Below, piece by piece: positions 1 through 10,800 of a stretch of DNA of 64,000 nucleotides. Made by a program: the position numbers and the translations under genes. The DNA comes from Octopus vulgaris (taxonomy: Eukaryota): positions 1,364,001 through 1,428,000 of the forward strand of contig OX597835.1 in assembly GCA_951406725.2 (NCBI GenBank), read 5' to 3'. Within the stretch, counting starts at the first letter, position 1. The number at the start of each line of letters is the position of its first letter. The notes below the pieces were generated by a model. The model saw only the letters and a program-made list of their open reading frames with translations. It searched no databases and was not told the origin of the DNA.

Positions 1-450
1 GTAAATACAACCAACGAAAGGTGCTACCTGAACAGTGAGATTTTGGAGGAGTGTGTCGTGAGACCAGACATAGTTTTCTTCATATGGTGCCATGTTGGGA
101 CTGTGACACACTTGAGGAATGCATACATCAATTGGTTCTCACAGGAACCACTATTTTCAGTGACTTGTGGTGGGCCTACTCTCACATTCCTGAAATTGAT
201 GGTTATAAGTTTTGACACAGAACAATGAACCACAGAGCTGGGTTTGTTAACTTGAAAGGTGGTACCCATATGCAACAAGTGGAAAGCACATTGATGGATC
301 TGTGTAAAATGAGGGAAATGTAAATGAGGAAATGACACTGTACACCCCACCATTCCATGGTTAACTTGTATCTCTATGAGATTATGTGGTGCGAGAGATA
401 CGAAAATTCTAATTTGTTTGACAAACTCCTAGAGTGTGACTCAAACTTTC
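1..450 (+). mobile_element. Decayed Merlin (IS1016/ISXO2-like DDE) transposase fragment, truncated by the window start
   Basis: Plus-strand translation across stops and frameshifts gives KYNQRKVLPEQ*DFGGVCRET...GTTIFSDLWWAY...NHRAGFV...GGTHMQQVES...YLYEIMW, matching Merlin motifs KYNRGR/WVFGG/TIxSDxWxAY/VNH/HTQxVES/YLxEFMW. Confidence 0.75.
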
Positions 451-1730
451 GATTTTGGATTTTTGTTACAAAAAATGAATTGTTTACATGAACTGAGCAA
501 CAGTTTGCTTTTTATGTGTAATTTTTTTGGAAAAAACCCCCAAAAAACCATTTCCTTGAGGATTTTACTTTGTATATTGCTTACATGCCTGTTCCAACAT
601 TTCACATGGCTTTATTCATTAAAACTTCCATGGTCATGATGTTTTGTCTAATGTTGTCATAGACAGTTATCATGCACAAAATGCCAGCTTCCAAATCCTG
701 TATTTTGATTGAGTAAAAATAATAGAACTAAACCTCTGTAGCATTTTACTAAAATTTCTCTGGAACAAGTGGATAACAAAATCAGATTCAGTGTGAAAAA
801 TGTACATTAATATACCAAATTAGAAAATTTTCACTTGATTTTAAGATTTCAAAAGCTGTGAGTGAAACAAAAATGATCCTTTCCATTTGTAAATTTAAAT
901 ACACTTCTACCTCTCACATTTTATAGATATGCTATTCATACAGGCATTTGAAGACAGACATCTTTTGAAGATGGTCTCACAAAACAAACAAACTGTTTGG
1001 TAATTTCTGTAAAATTAAATTTTTTTTTTCAGCTCACACAAACCTATACATACACAAAAATGTATACATGCAGATAAAGATATACATAAACATAAGCGAT
1101 TTGTGAAAACATAAAACATGTATGTGTGAGGGTGTGTTTCATTGTTCAAATCACTGGTGGACACAAAAGAAGAGTATGCGACTGTTTTTCACTGTTCAGT
1201 TACAGTTTTGGCACATCTGTCTCCCAAGGATCGCCTCTGAATTTAGGTGCTTGGTTACAAATTAATGGGGAAGGTATATAGCTGACTTAAATCAACTGCA
1301 GCACAGTACTTGTACTTTTTACCAATCTCAGAAGAATAAAGCAAATACTTGTATTTGCTTTGTTCCTCTGAGATCAATATTTTCTAGTTGGGATTTGAAC
1401 TCAATATAAAAGTACATATCTGAATTCTGCACAATGTTTTGGCTTTATGATTGAAAGAAAGGGTGGGGCGAGGGAGAAAGTATGGCGTGGCAGCAATGCC
1501 TTTGCCAAAGTCATTTGCAGTGAAAAAGAAGTCAAATAGTTTTAACTGCACACTGAAACCGCATAACGGTCTTGGCACAAACCCAAGTTTGAAAAAAGAG
1601 AGATAAGAGTACAAGAGAAGGACTTGAAATATAAAAATAGAAATTCTTACAATACAGGTGACAACTGAGGTTTCAAATGACAGGAATTCAAAAATAACAA
1701 AAGTTATATAGGGGATTATTCTATAATAAA

Positions 1731-2026
1731 AGGATTCTCAAACATTCTTAATCTATGGACCCCTTTAAGTTATTATTTTATTCTGGTGGACCCTCATAAT
1801 AATTCAACTAGATTTATAGAAACATCTTTCAAAATTCCTTTTTTTCCATTCACGAACTTGTGTAGGTTAAAACTATGTAAAATGTTTGAGAAAGAAACCT
1901 TGCTGTTTCTTGCAATACGTACCAATACCTACGTCTAAAGCAACATTTTTCATGGACCTTTTTAAAGTACTATTGTGGATTCCCAATTTAGTATGTTGTT
2001 GCATGGACCCTGGTCAAGAACCAATG
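1731..2026. mobile_element. hAT-type MITE (same family as 30415-30720, opposite orientation)
   Basis: Internal ATCTATGGACCCCTTT...TTTTATTCTGGTGGAC is the reverse complement of 30657-30696; degenerate GG(A/T)TTCTCAA...AAGAACCAATG ends. Confidence 0.6.
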
Positions 2027-2203
2027 GATAATGCATAGAAAAAGCATAGGACTGAAAGAAAAACCAGAATTTTAATTAATGAATAATAATAAAACGATCA
2101 TATGAAAAAACGTGGGCTGCCACACGGTCTCTGTTTCGATGCTTTCGAGTTAAAACAAAAGATCACCAAAACATGTATACTCTTTCCTTTCATATCCATT
2201 TTG

Positions 2204-3504
2204 GGTATTACTTAAGAAGAGTGGACCTGACGCACACACCCACGCCAGTCAGTGGATGCGCACACCGGTCAGACATGCGCCAGTCAGTACCTGCAATTAA
2301 AAAAATGAAACCCCTTCACATGTATAAATATGTGTAAACTGTAAATCGGAGGGGAGGGGGAATTTATCTAATAAAACAAATAACCAACTGAATGAATGAA
2401 AATAAAACAAATTTTGAAATTGAAATAAAATGTTACTCAAAAGCAGACATTAAGAAAAGTGAGAATAAAAGTGAATCATTCTGAAAGATGTTTTAGAATG
2501 TTCCGAAAACCTTCATCTCCAGTCTTCCCACATTTTTCTCCTCCAAAGAAACTCGTCTCAACGGGATTCTATCATACTCTTGAATCTGCTTTTCGCATTT
2601 TCCCAGTAACATTCAACAGAATTGGTCTGCACAGCAGTTCCTGGATCCACAAAGTTTTCTCCATGGTTCACTTTGAAATGGGAATATCGTGGTTCAACAT
2701 CTATTTCGACTATTCCATTGTATCCACACCAACAATCAGAATTGATAATCGCTCCTGATTTTATATTCTTTCTGATAAGGGGGGAGGGGGGAGCAGAGTT
2801 TCGGAGGAACAACCATTCACAAACCCCAGAAGTCCTATTTTGTCGTCTTCTCCGTCCCATCCTCCCAAAACCCACCTCTCCTCTGGTATTCTACCTCTAT
2901 TATACTTTCTTTTGCACATAAAAGATTCGTCCATTTCGACGATGTGCCCAACTCCTCCAACTTGGTAGGGATTACATACAAGATGGTGACTCCCTATGGC
3001 TCCCATGTATTGATAACATCATCACTATTGATTCTCAAAGGCCTGTCATATCACATGAGATATTTATGGAAACTTTTCTGGACCATAAATTCAAGTGTAG
3101 GATGGAAGTACACACAAATAGGATTGAATCCCATCTAGACGAGTTTCTCTGGAGGGGAAAACTGGAGATGGATGTTTTTGGAACATTCCAAAACATCTTT
3201 CAGAATGGTTCACTTTTGAATAACGACTACTTTTAAGTAAATAACATTTTATTTCATTATTTTCACTTTTCTTTCTTAATGACTACTTTTGAGTAAGATT
3301 TTATTTTAATTTCAAAATTTTCTTTACTTCCATTCATTCAGTCTGTCGATTGCTTGTTTCGATAGATACATCCACCCCATCCCCTCTAATTTACAGTTTA
3401 CACATATTTATACATGTGGAGGGTTTTTTTTTTATTGCGGGTGCTGACTAGTCTACTGACAGGTGCGGGTGCGCGCGAAGGGGCCACTCTTCTTAAATAG
3501 TACC
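2204..3504 (-). mobile_element. Merlin DNA transposon remnant with ~370-bp inverted arms and 8-bp TSD
   Basis: Minus-strand IVEMDESFMCKRKYNRGR...WVLGG...IINSDCWCGY...VNHGENFVDP...QTNSVECYW. Termini GGTATTACTTAAGAAGAGTGG / CCACTCTTCTTAAATAGTACC. Flanks CCATTTTG (2196-2203) and CCATTTTT (3505-3512). Confidence 0.85.
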
Positions 3505-4722
3505 CCATTTTTCACCCAGAGAGAGAAAAAAAAACTTAGAAATCTTAGGCACATAAACTCTCTTTCTGCCATTATAGAAGCCTCCAGAGAACAGAAAGCA
3601 AAAATCTGAACATTTTAACGTTAAAGAATTCGATTTTTTAAAAGATAAATATAGAAGTGTGCCCCCATCCACCCCACGAGACTTTGCTTTCCCATAACTT
3701 TCATTAAAAATACTTGATTTTGAATCAAATTTTCTTTACAGAGGATATATATGGTATAAACGAATCTTGAGTCTGAACCGATAAAAATCTACGCGAATCT
3801 AACGAATTAAAAATGTATCGTAAGTTATGTGAAGGTGAACATTATTTTAATATATATTATTTCAATCTATTTGTGAATAGAAAAAAAAATTATGAAAGAT
3901 GGAAAAGGTAACAAAATTCTATAAATAAAATCTGGGAAAAATTAAACTAGAATTAAAACCGATGGAAAAGTGAAAATAGCTTCGACGTTCAGAACCTGAA
4001 ATATTAATCATCAAATTAGGAAAAAATGTTTAATCAACTGAAAACGGTATCGGCTTAAATTCTCGTGGAGACAGAAGGAATAATTAAGGGATCGATGCTA
4101 AAATTTTATATTTAAACTTTGTCAACATTTCTATTGAAGGAAAAAGAGTGGAAGCCAAGAAGATTCCTCAACAAGCGTCAAGAGCAGAATTGGGAAAATG
4201 CTTCAATGTTAATCGGTGGGAAATGTTTCTGGTGGTTTCCTCATGGAAGGGAAAAGGGTCAATCTGAAATAAATATTCCTCTTATGGCAGATCAATAAAA
4301 ATTTACATAATAAACTTATTCGGGTTTTGTTTGATGAATCTTCGTGTAAAACATTTTTAAAAACATTTTTCTATGCTTTAATTATCATCGTTTGACTTGA
4401 TTGAGTTCCCTGGAAGTGTTTAATCATCTTTGATAATTATTTTCTTACGATTACTCAGAAAATATCGAAATGATCAAGAGGGAAATATTATTAAGCGAGA
4501 ATGGCAATTATTACATTAAATAATCGATAGAAGCTGCGAGAGACAAATTATCTTCTTCTTATTTTCTCTCTTTTTAGTTCCTCCTTTTTATCTTGAAATA
4601 AAACGGGAAAAAATATTACATATTTACAAAGCAGTAAGCAATTACTGCATTCGAAAGACTCAAGTGTAATCAAAACTGGAGATAAGGATGGTTTTGCTGT
4701 GTTGGAAATTGTCTGAACCTAC

Positions 4723-4785
4723 CACAAAATCTGCCTTCGGGATTCCGCTGTGGTTCTGCTCTTCGTCCGCCTTGTCGGCCGCCAT
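4723..4785 (-). CDS. VBP1: Prefoldin subunit 3 / VHL-binding protein 1, first coding exon; later exons not found, presumably left of the window
   Basis: Minus strand ATG GCG GCC GAC AAG...GAT TTT GTG|GTAGGT = MAADKADEEQNHSGIPKADFV, then a phase-0 donor. Resembles the human VBP1 N-terminus MAA...HLGIPEAVFV|EDV. Too short for the ORF track. Confidence 0.8.
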
Positions 4786-4827
4786 GCTTCTTTGCTCAGA
4801 TCTCGCGAGATTCTCTCGAGAAACAAT
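4786..4827. promoter_or_regulatory. 42-bp interval between the divergent VBP1 and CUL5 start codons; probable bidirectional core promoter
   Basis: Contains the 12-bp palindrome ATCTCGCGAGAT (4800-4811; the TCTCGCGAGA motif is bound by BANP/ZBTB33 in vertebrate CpG-island promoters) and TCTCGAGA (4814-4821). The surroundings are CpG-enriched and transposon-poor. Confidence 0.7.
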
Positions 4828-4842
4828 ATGGCGATGTTAAAG
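4828..4842 (+). CDS. CUL5: CUL5 exon 1 (MAMLK)
   Basis: AATATGGCGATGTTAAAG|GTGAGT; strong phase-0 donor that fits exon 2; analogous to human MATSNLLK. Confidence 0.85.
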
Positions 4843-7800
4843 GTGAGTCCAATGATCTTCGCCTCTTCCACATTCTTGTCGGACATTTTACCTGTTTATT
4901 CCTTTCAATTCCTGCCCTATTTCTCTCTGCCAATCGCGATGCTTAATTCTGTTTTTATCTAGCTATTTTTAATTTAAATTTTATCTTAAAACTGCCTTAA
5001 AACTCGGTGCTTTCAACTTTGGGTCCCGACTTGCTTTCAATATTCCTTCCAAACAATCCACGTTTGACTCGCTTCGTCTCAATCCTTCCACCTTAACAAC
5101 CATGTGCATTATATTGACTTGTCGTCCTTATTATACACTTACTCTTATAATATAAACCCTATTTCATCTCTAATCTACCGTTTTATCCCAGCACAGTTCG
5201 AGCTTTTCAAGCCATTTCGCTGAAAACTGCTCCCAAATAATTTCTTCCCAAATATTTTTCTTCCTAAAAACTAAAAATGACTTCAGTTTTTCTTTTTGTT
5301 TTTTGCTTTCTTCTCTTTAATTTACAGACTTTATTTTCATTATATAAAATTACACACTTGAATGTTCGTGGGGAAAAAAAAAAAGAAAATATCAATATTA
5401 GAAAGAATCGAACGATCGTTTTTCCCCCAATCTCTTTTGTTTATCTTTTTATACCTTTTGCTGATCCTTTGTGCAGACGTAAATATTACCTCTCGATTTT
5501 GAAATATTTACATAAGTCTCTCACATGTCTTCACTTGTGGCTGTTATAATGGTTGGTTCTTGTAGTCACCTTGTCATTTTCGAGGTCTTATATATATACA
5601 TATTTATATATATATTAACCTCAAAGTTGCATTTCCATCTTCGTGTTATATATATATACATATATATATATCAGTCGAGGTAGTACAGCTGCTATTTTCC
5701 ATTTTTAATCATATATTTGACTAGAAATGACAATCATAAACTTGTTATATACTTTGTAGCAGATTTAGTAAAACACTTTTTATTTTCCAACTAAAATGTA
5801 ATTTGGTCCAAAATTATCAAATTCGACCTCACTTCTCAATTTAAAGACTTAGTTACACACTTTATTAGAGTAAATAGTATTCCTTCTTAATTATGAAATG
5901 AAACATTTGCCGTTTCTATTCACGGTTTATGTCTTATTTCGAAGCGCTTTTATATTATTTACGGTTTAGGCCATAGTTTGTACAATTGCCAATTCTCACA
6001 AAGAGGGAAATAAATTGGAACTGCTTACATTCCGTTAAAATTCTCTCACCTTCCGCACCACTCGACACAGTTCGAACTAAGATTAAAGGAGATATTTTGT
6101 TTTTATAAGATAAAAATATTAAAAGAAAAAAAAAATGCAAATTTTTAGTAAATGTTCTTTTAATGGCACATTTTATTAATTACTTGATATCGATTATTTC
6201 CGATTAGTGTTTCCCCTACAGGGAAACCGATAATACTTACGAGTGATCTATTGTCTTAATTGGCTGGAGACATTTAATTGAAGTTGTAACAGAAAATAAA
6301 ACTAAGACTGTTGCATTGAGAAAAGGTTGGAAAATAAAACCAAATTTAACCGCCCAGATTTCACTCCAGACAAACAACATTATTTAATCCTTCTATAAAA
6401 TCTTGACCATTATAAAATAAAATATTCGATGATTTAACATTAAATAAACATTTCTCGCTTTTTCATTTCCGTACTTATGAAACAAGATAGTTCTTTTTTT
6501 ATTTATTTCCTTAAACAATATTATCTGGACGATTAGAAAGAAGCAAATTCTTCTCAGTGCCAACTTGATGTATGCAGGAATTTCTAGTGTTGTCAAAGAC
6601 AGAGTATAATTGACTGGTCTTCTCTTGTTACGGTGGCATATATAAAGTTTACATTTGTACTGTTACAAGAACAAAATAATTTATATAAGAAAATATTCAT
6701 TTCACAAGTTTAATTCCTATTTTATCCACACCTGAAACCTGAAACCTTTCAGCAATTCTCACTCTCTGATTTCGATCTTCCTGTCCTGCTTGGTCAGACC
6801 TTCACATTTATTTTTTCTTTTAACTAAAGGTTGTTCTTTGCATTTTTCTTGTTGTATGCATTTAGATTAATAAAACAGTTACTGTTTCTTGAATTCCTAT
6901 TTATTAGTGTGCAAATATAAAATGAACTCTAGTTTTTGGACATCGTTTAACAGGCAGTAACTACACTTGTATCACATGACTAATGGTGTAAAGGATTAGG
7001 GATCGTTTAGAGAAGCTATATATATATATATATATTATAATAATAATCGTCATCGTTCAACGTCAGTTTTCCATGCTTGAATAGGTCAGACGGAATTTGT
7101 TGAGACTGATTTACTACAGCCAAGTTCCCTTCCTCTCGCCAACTTTCGCCCTTTCCATGTAAGGTAAAATTTTCCCATGACCAGACATATTTTCGTAGAA
7201 GATTGGAGACGAAGGATACCAGTTTCATACAATTATCACACGAAGTCAAAGCAAGCAGACAGTAATACAAACAAACACACACCTATTTATATGACAGGCT
7301 TCTTCCAGTTTCTCTCCACCAAATTCACAAGGCTTTGGGTATCCTGGGCCTATAATAGAAAACGCTTGCTCAAGGTGTGGTTGGGAAGCAAGACTTGTTA
7401 TCACACAGGCATGTCTCTGCCTTGATATGTAATGTTTGGCATTCGGAAACTGTATGGCAAGTGTGACACGAAATGATATTGAAAATAGCCATGTAGTGTG
7501 CGTCTTGTCTTTCCGAGTTATTTATTAATGTTCCTATATTTCCTTTTCTTAAGATCTTCTCTGACTCACCGTGGAAAGTTCCATCCCTCATTCATTTCGG
7601 TTTCTCCAGTTTGGCTTACGGTTTTGCTCTTGGCACTGATTTATTGCAGATATTTCTTAAATTCAACGAAGTTTTAACTCTGATATTTAATGCAGATAAG
7701 CAAGGACCCTTATTAAGGTTAATGATTGATTTTTGCAGGTATGGCTGAGTGGTAAGAAGCTTGCTTCCTAATCACATGGTCCCAGGTTCGGTCGTAGTAC

Positions 7801-10800
7801 ATGGCACTTTAGGCGTCTTCTGCTTTAGCTTTGGGTTTACCAAAGTCTTGTGAGTGGATTTAGTCGATGTAAACTGAAAGAAGTTTGTTGTATATATATG
7901 TGTGTTTGTGTTTGTCCCACACTATCACTTGACAACTGGTGTTGATGTATTTACTTCTGTGACTTAGCAGTTTGGCAAAAGATGCCGATAGAATAAGTAC
8001 TGGGGTCAGTTCATTTGACTGAAAAAGATTCTTCAGGGTGGTGCCCCAGCATGGCTGCAGTCTAATGACTGGAACAAGTAAAAGATAAAAAATTGTCACA
8101 AGGCCACACATTTTGAGGAAGACTATAATTGATTTAATATCCCTGTATTTTAAGGACTTCCGAAGGGTGTGAAGTAAATTGTATTCCAGCAGATTTTGAG
8201 CTCAAAATTTAAAGAAATATGATCTACCACTACTTTATTTTTTTTATTGCGCCCCTTTCAAGCCTAGCCAGGCTCATGGGCCCGGTTTCTGTGGCGTATG
8301 TGTTCCCCCCAGCTGGACGGGACACTAGTCCATCGCAGCGTTACTCAAGAAACAGGATGAGAGAGTGAGAGAAAGTTGTGGTGAAAAAGTACAACAGGGG
8401 TCACCACCACCCTCTGCCGGAGCCTTGTGGGGGTTTAGGTGTTTAAACACAGACAATGTCCGGTCTGGGAATCGAAACTGCGATCCTCCGACTGCAAGTC
8501 TGCTGCCCTAACCACTGGGCCATTGCACCTCCACGATCTACCACTACTAATTCTGACAAATGGTTTTCAGAACAGCTTTTAAATCAGTATTTCTCAACCA
8601 CTTTTTACCTTTGGACTATTTTGGTTCCTATTTTACTTAGCTTGACCCCCCCCCCCCCCCTAGCCATTCGGTGTTTTAAAAAAATTATATTTTTAGAAAT
8701 ATTATTAAGAATTGTAGTAAAAAAAAAATAGTTAAGATATTTTGTGTGTTGTAGAAGTGTAACCAATTTATTGCAGGTAAATTTTAACAACAAAATCTTG
8801 GACCCCAGTTGAGAACCACTGTTTTAAAAGCTGCATATTGTAGTCACAGTTGTTGACATTACTAAAGTCTCAATTGCCTTTCAATCAGGTGTTTTTCGAC
8901 ACTTCTACTGTTACAGACCTTATCTATGCAGATCTTCACCAACGTATCTAGTCTTGACTTTCTGAGTCAGAAATAATATTTGTCTGTGGCTAATGGTTGG
9001 GATTCTTTCCTAGAAGTGTAATCAATTTTAGAACAGTAACGTCTAAGTAATCAGGACATTGAATTACTATTTAAAGCAGGCATGGGCAACCTTTTTTTGA
9101 AAAGCAGGCTACATAAGACATGACTCATCGTCAGGTGAGCCACACTAAAAAAAAATTCAAGGTAATTTTTTGTTAGGCATAACCAGTCAGAATTTGCTCA
9201 TACCTAGTCTAAAGTGCCAACAGTTCATATCCTGTCATCAGTGGCCTAATTATTGACAATTTGCTTCTACCATAGCCTTGGGTTGTCCCAAAATTTGTGC
9301 GTGAAACTGGTTAGGAAAAAAAACACTGGAGACCCATTGGATGGAACGTAATTCATGGGCCTAGTTTTGTTACATGCAGTGTCTTAATGGTTCTGCCTGA
9401 CATTTATGTTATAATAGGACTTAGTCCGTTGCTATGCTACCTGTAAAAATATCTGTTAATTAAGCATGTACTTCCTGTTATACAGTGAAAGTTTCATTAG
9501 TTACTATGGTGACAACAGTCTACCTGTCTATCTTTCACACCCACACAACCACTTTTTTTTTCTTCTTTGTTATATTGTGGAATACTCAACTGGTTTCACT
9601 ATGATTCAGTGCTTATGTAGTTCTGTTGATTGAACTTCTGGAAGGCTCATTAACGAAATGAATGGTGGACCCATCTACTTTAGCCTATACTGTCCATGGT
9701 CCTGTTCCCTAAAATGAGTGTAGTTTACTACTGTCAGTAGCAAGGAGACTACAGCCAGCAAATGCTTTGCTGGTTTCCAATAGTGAGCAACAAGCTGGCC
9801 TCCGTGCCAATGGCACGTAAAAAAACACCATTCGAGCGTGACCGTTACCTGCGTCGCCTTACTGGCACTTGTGCTGGTGGCACGTGAAGAAAAACATTCG
9901 AGCGAGGTCATTGCCAGTGCTGCTGGACTGGCTCCTGTGCAGGTGGCACGTAAAAAGCACCATTTGAGCGTGGCCGTTGCCAGTACCGCTAGACTGGCCC
10001 TCATGCCGGTGGCACGTAAAAGCACTCACTGCACTCTCAGAGTGGTTGGCGTTAGGAAGGGCATCCAGCTGTAGAAACTCTGCCAGATATGAAGCAAGGC
10101 CCAACTAAAAGTCTTGAAACAAGCATGGGCGTTTAAGATGCTTTGGACAACAAAGGTTTAATTCTGTGTCATTTCACTTAGCTGTTTCTAATGGGTACTA
10201 GATCGAGGGACATTGCCCATGAGGTTCCTGGCCCTTCTAGTGGGAAGATTTATCTCTTATTTAACAGTTGTGAATGTAGAGCTAAGCCCCATCCTCATGG
10301 GTCTCTGTGACCTCATGGAATCATTATTATATCTTGCTGTATAAAAAATATTCTTGTCCAAGGTGGTGTAAGCTAAACAAATAATGCCAGAAAGTAAGGT
10401 CTGTTGTCTTTTTAGCCCCAGGTCAGCCCTGACTGAGAAAAGAGCTTTGCAGTATGAGATGGTGGTTGGGGGTGTGTGAAAGATTGTTATTTATAAATGC
10501 AAAGACCTTTCAAGGTGAAGAGTGCACCCCTCAACATGGGTTAGTCAGGAATGAAAGGTACGCAAAAGAAAGATCGGGGAAGCTTAAGAATCCTCTGAAT
10601 AGTCAGAGATTTAGAGACATTTTACGCGAAGCGTTTGACGAGAAAGTAGGAGATATAGAAACATAATATGGAGAACAACTGGAGGTTTCCATGGGACAAC
10701 TTAATGACCAAATTTTTGACTAGTACAAAGTCCCTACCAGATCTGATGTGACATGGTGGTGGAACAGTGTAGTAGACAGGGCTATTAGAGTGAAGGAATG

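Noticed and set aside
24-353. 109-aa minus-strand ORF as a VBP1 exon
   Set aside because: No prefoldin similarity; it is the antisense of a Merlin transposase fragment.
8440-8535. tRNA genes at SINE heads (also 20050, 57010, 59350)
   Set aside because: A and B boxes are present but there is no complete cloverleaf, and each continues into a SINE body.
9905-9965. HDV-like or twister ribozyme in the RTE tail units
   Set aside because: GGC-TCCTGT-GCA resembles P3/L3, but I could not place P1, P1.1 or J4/2, and the twister core is absent.
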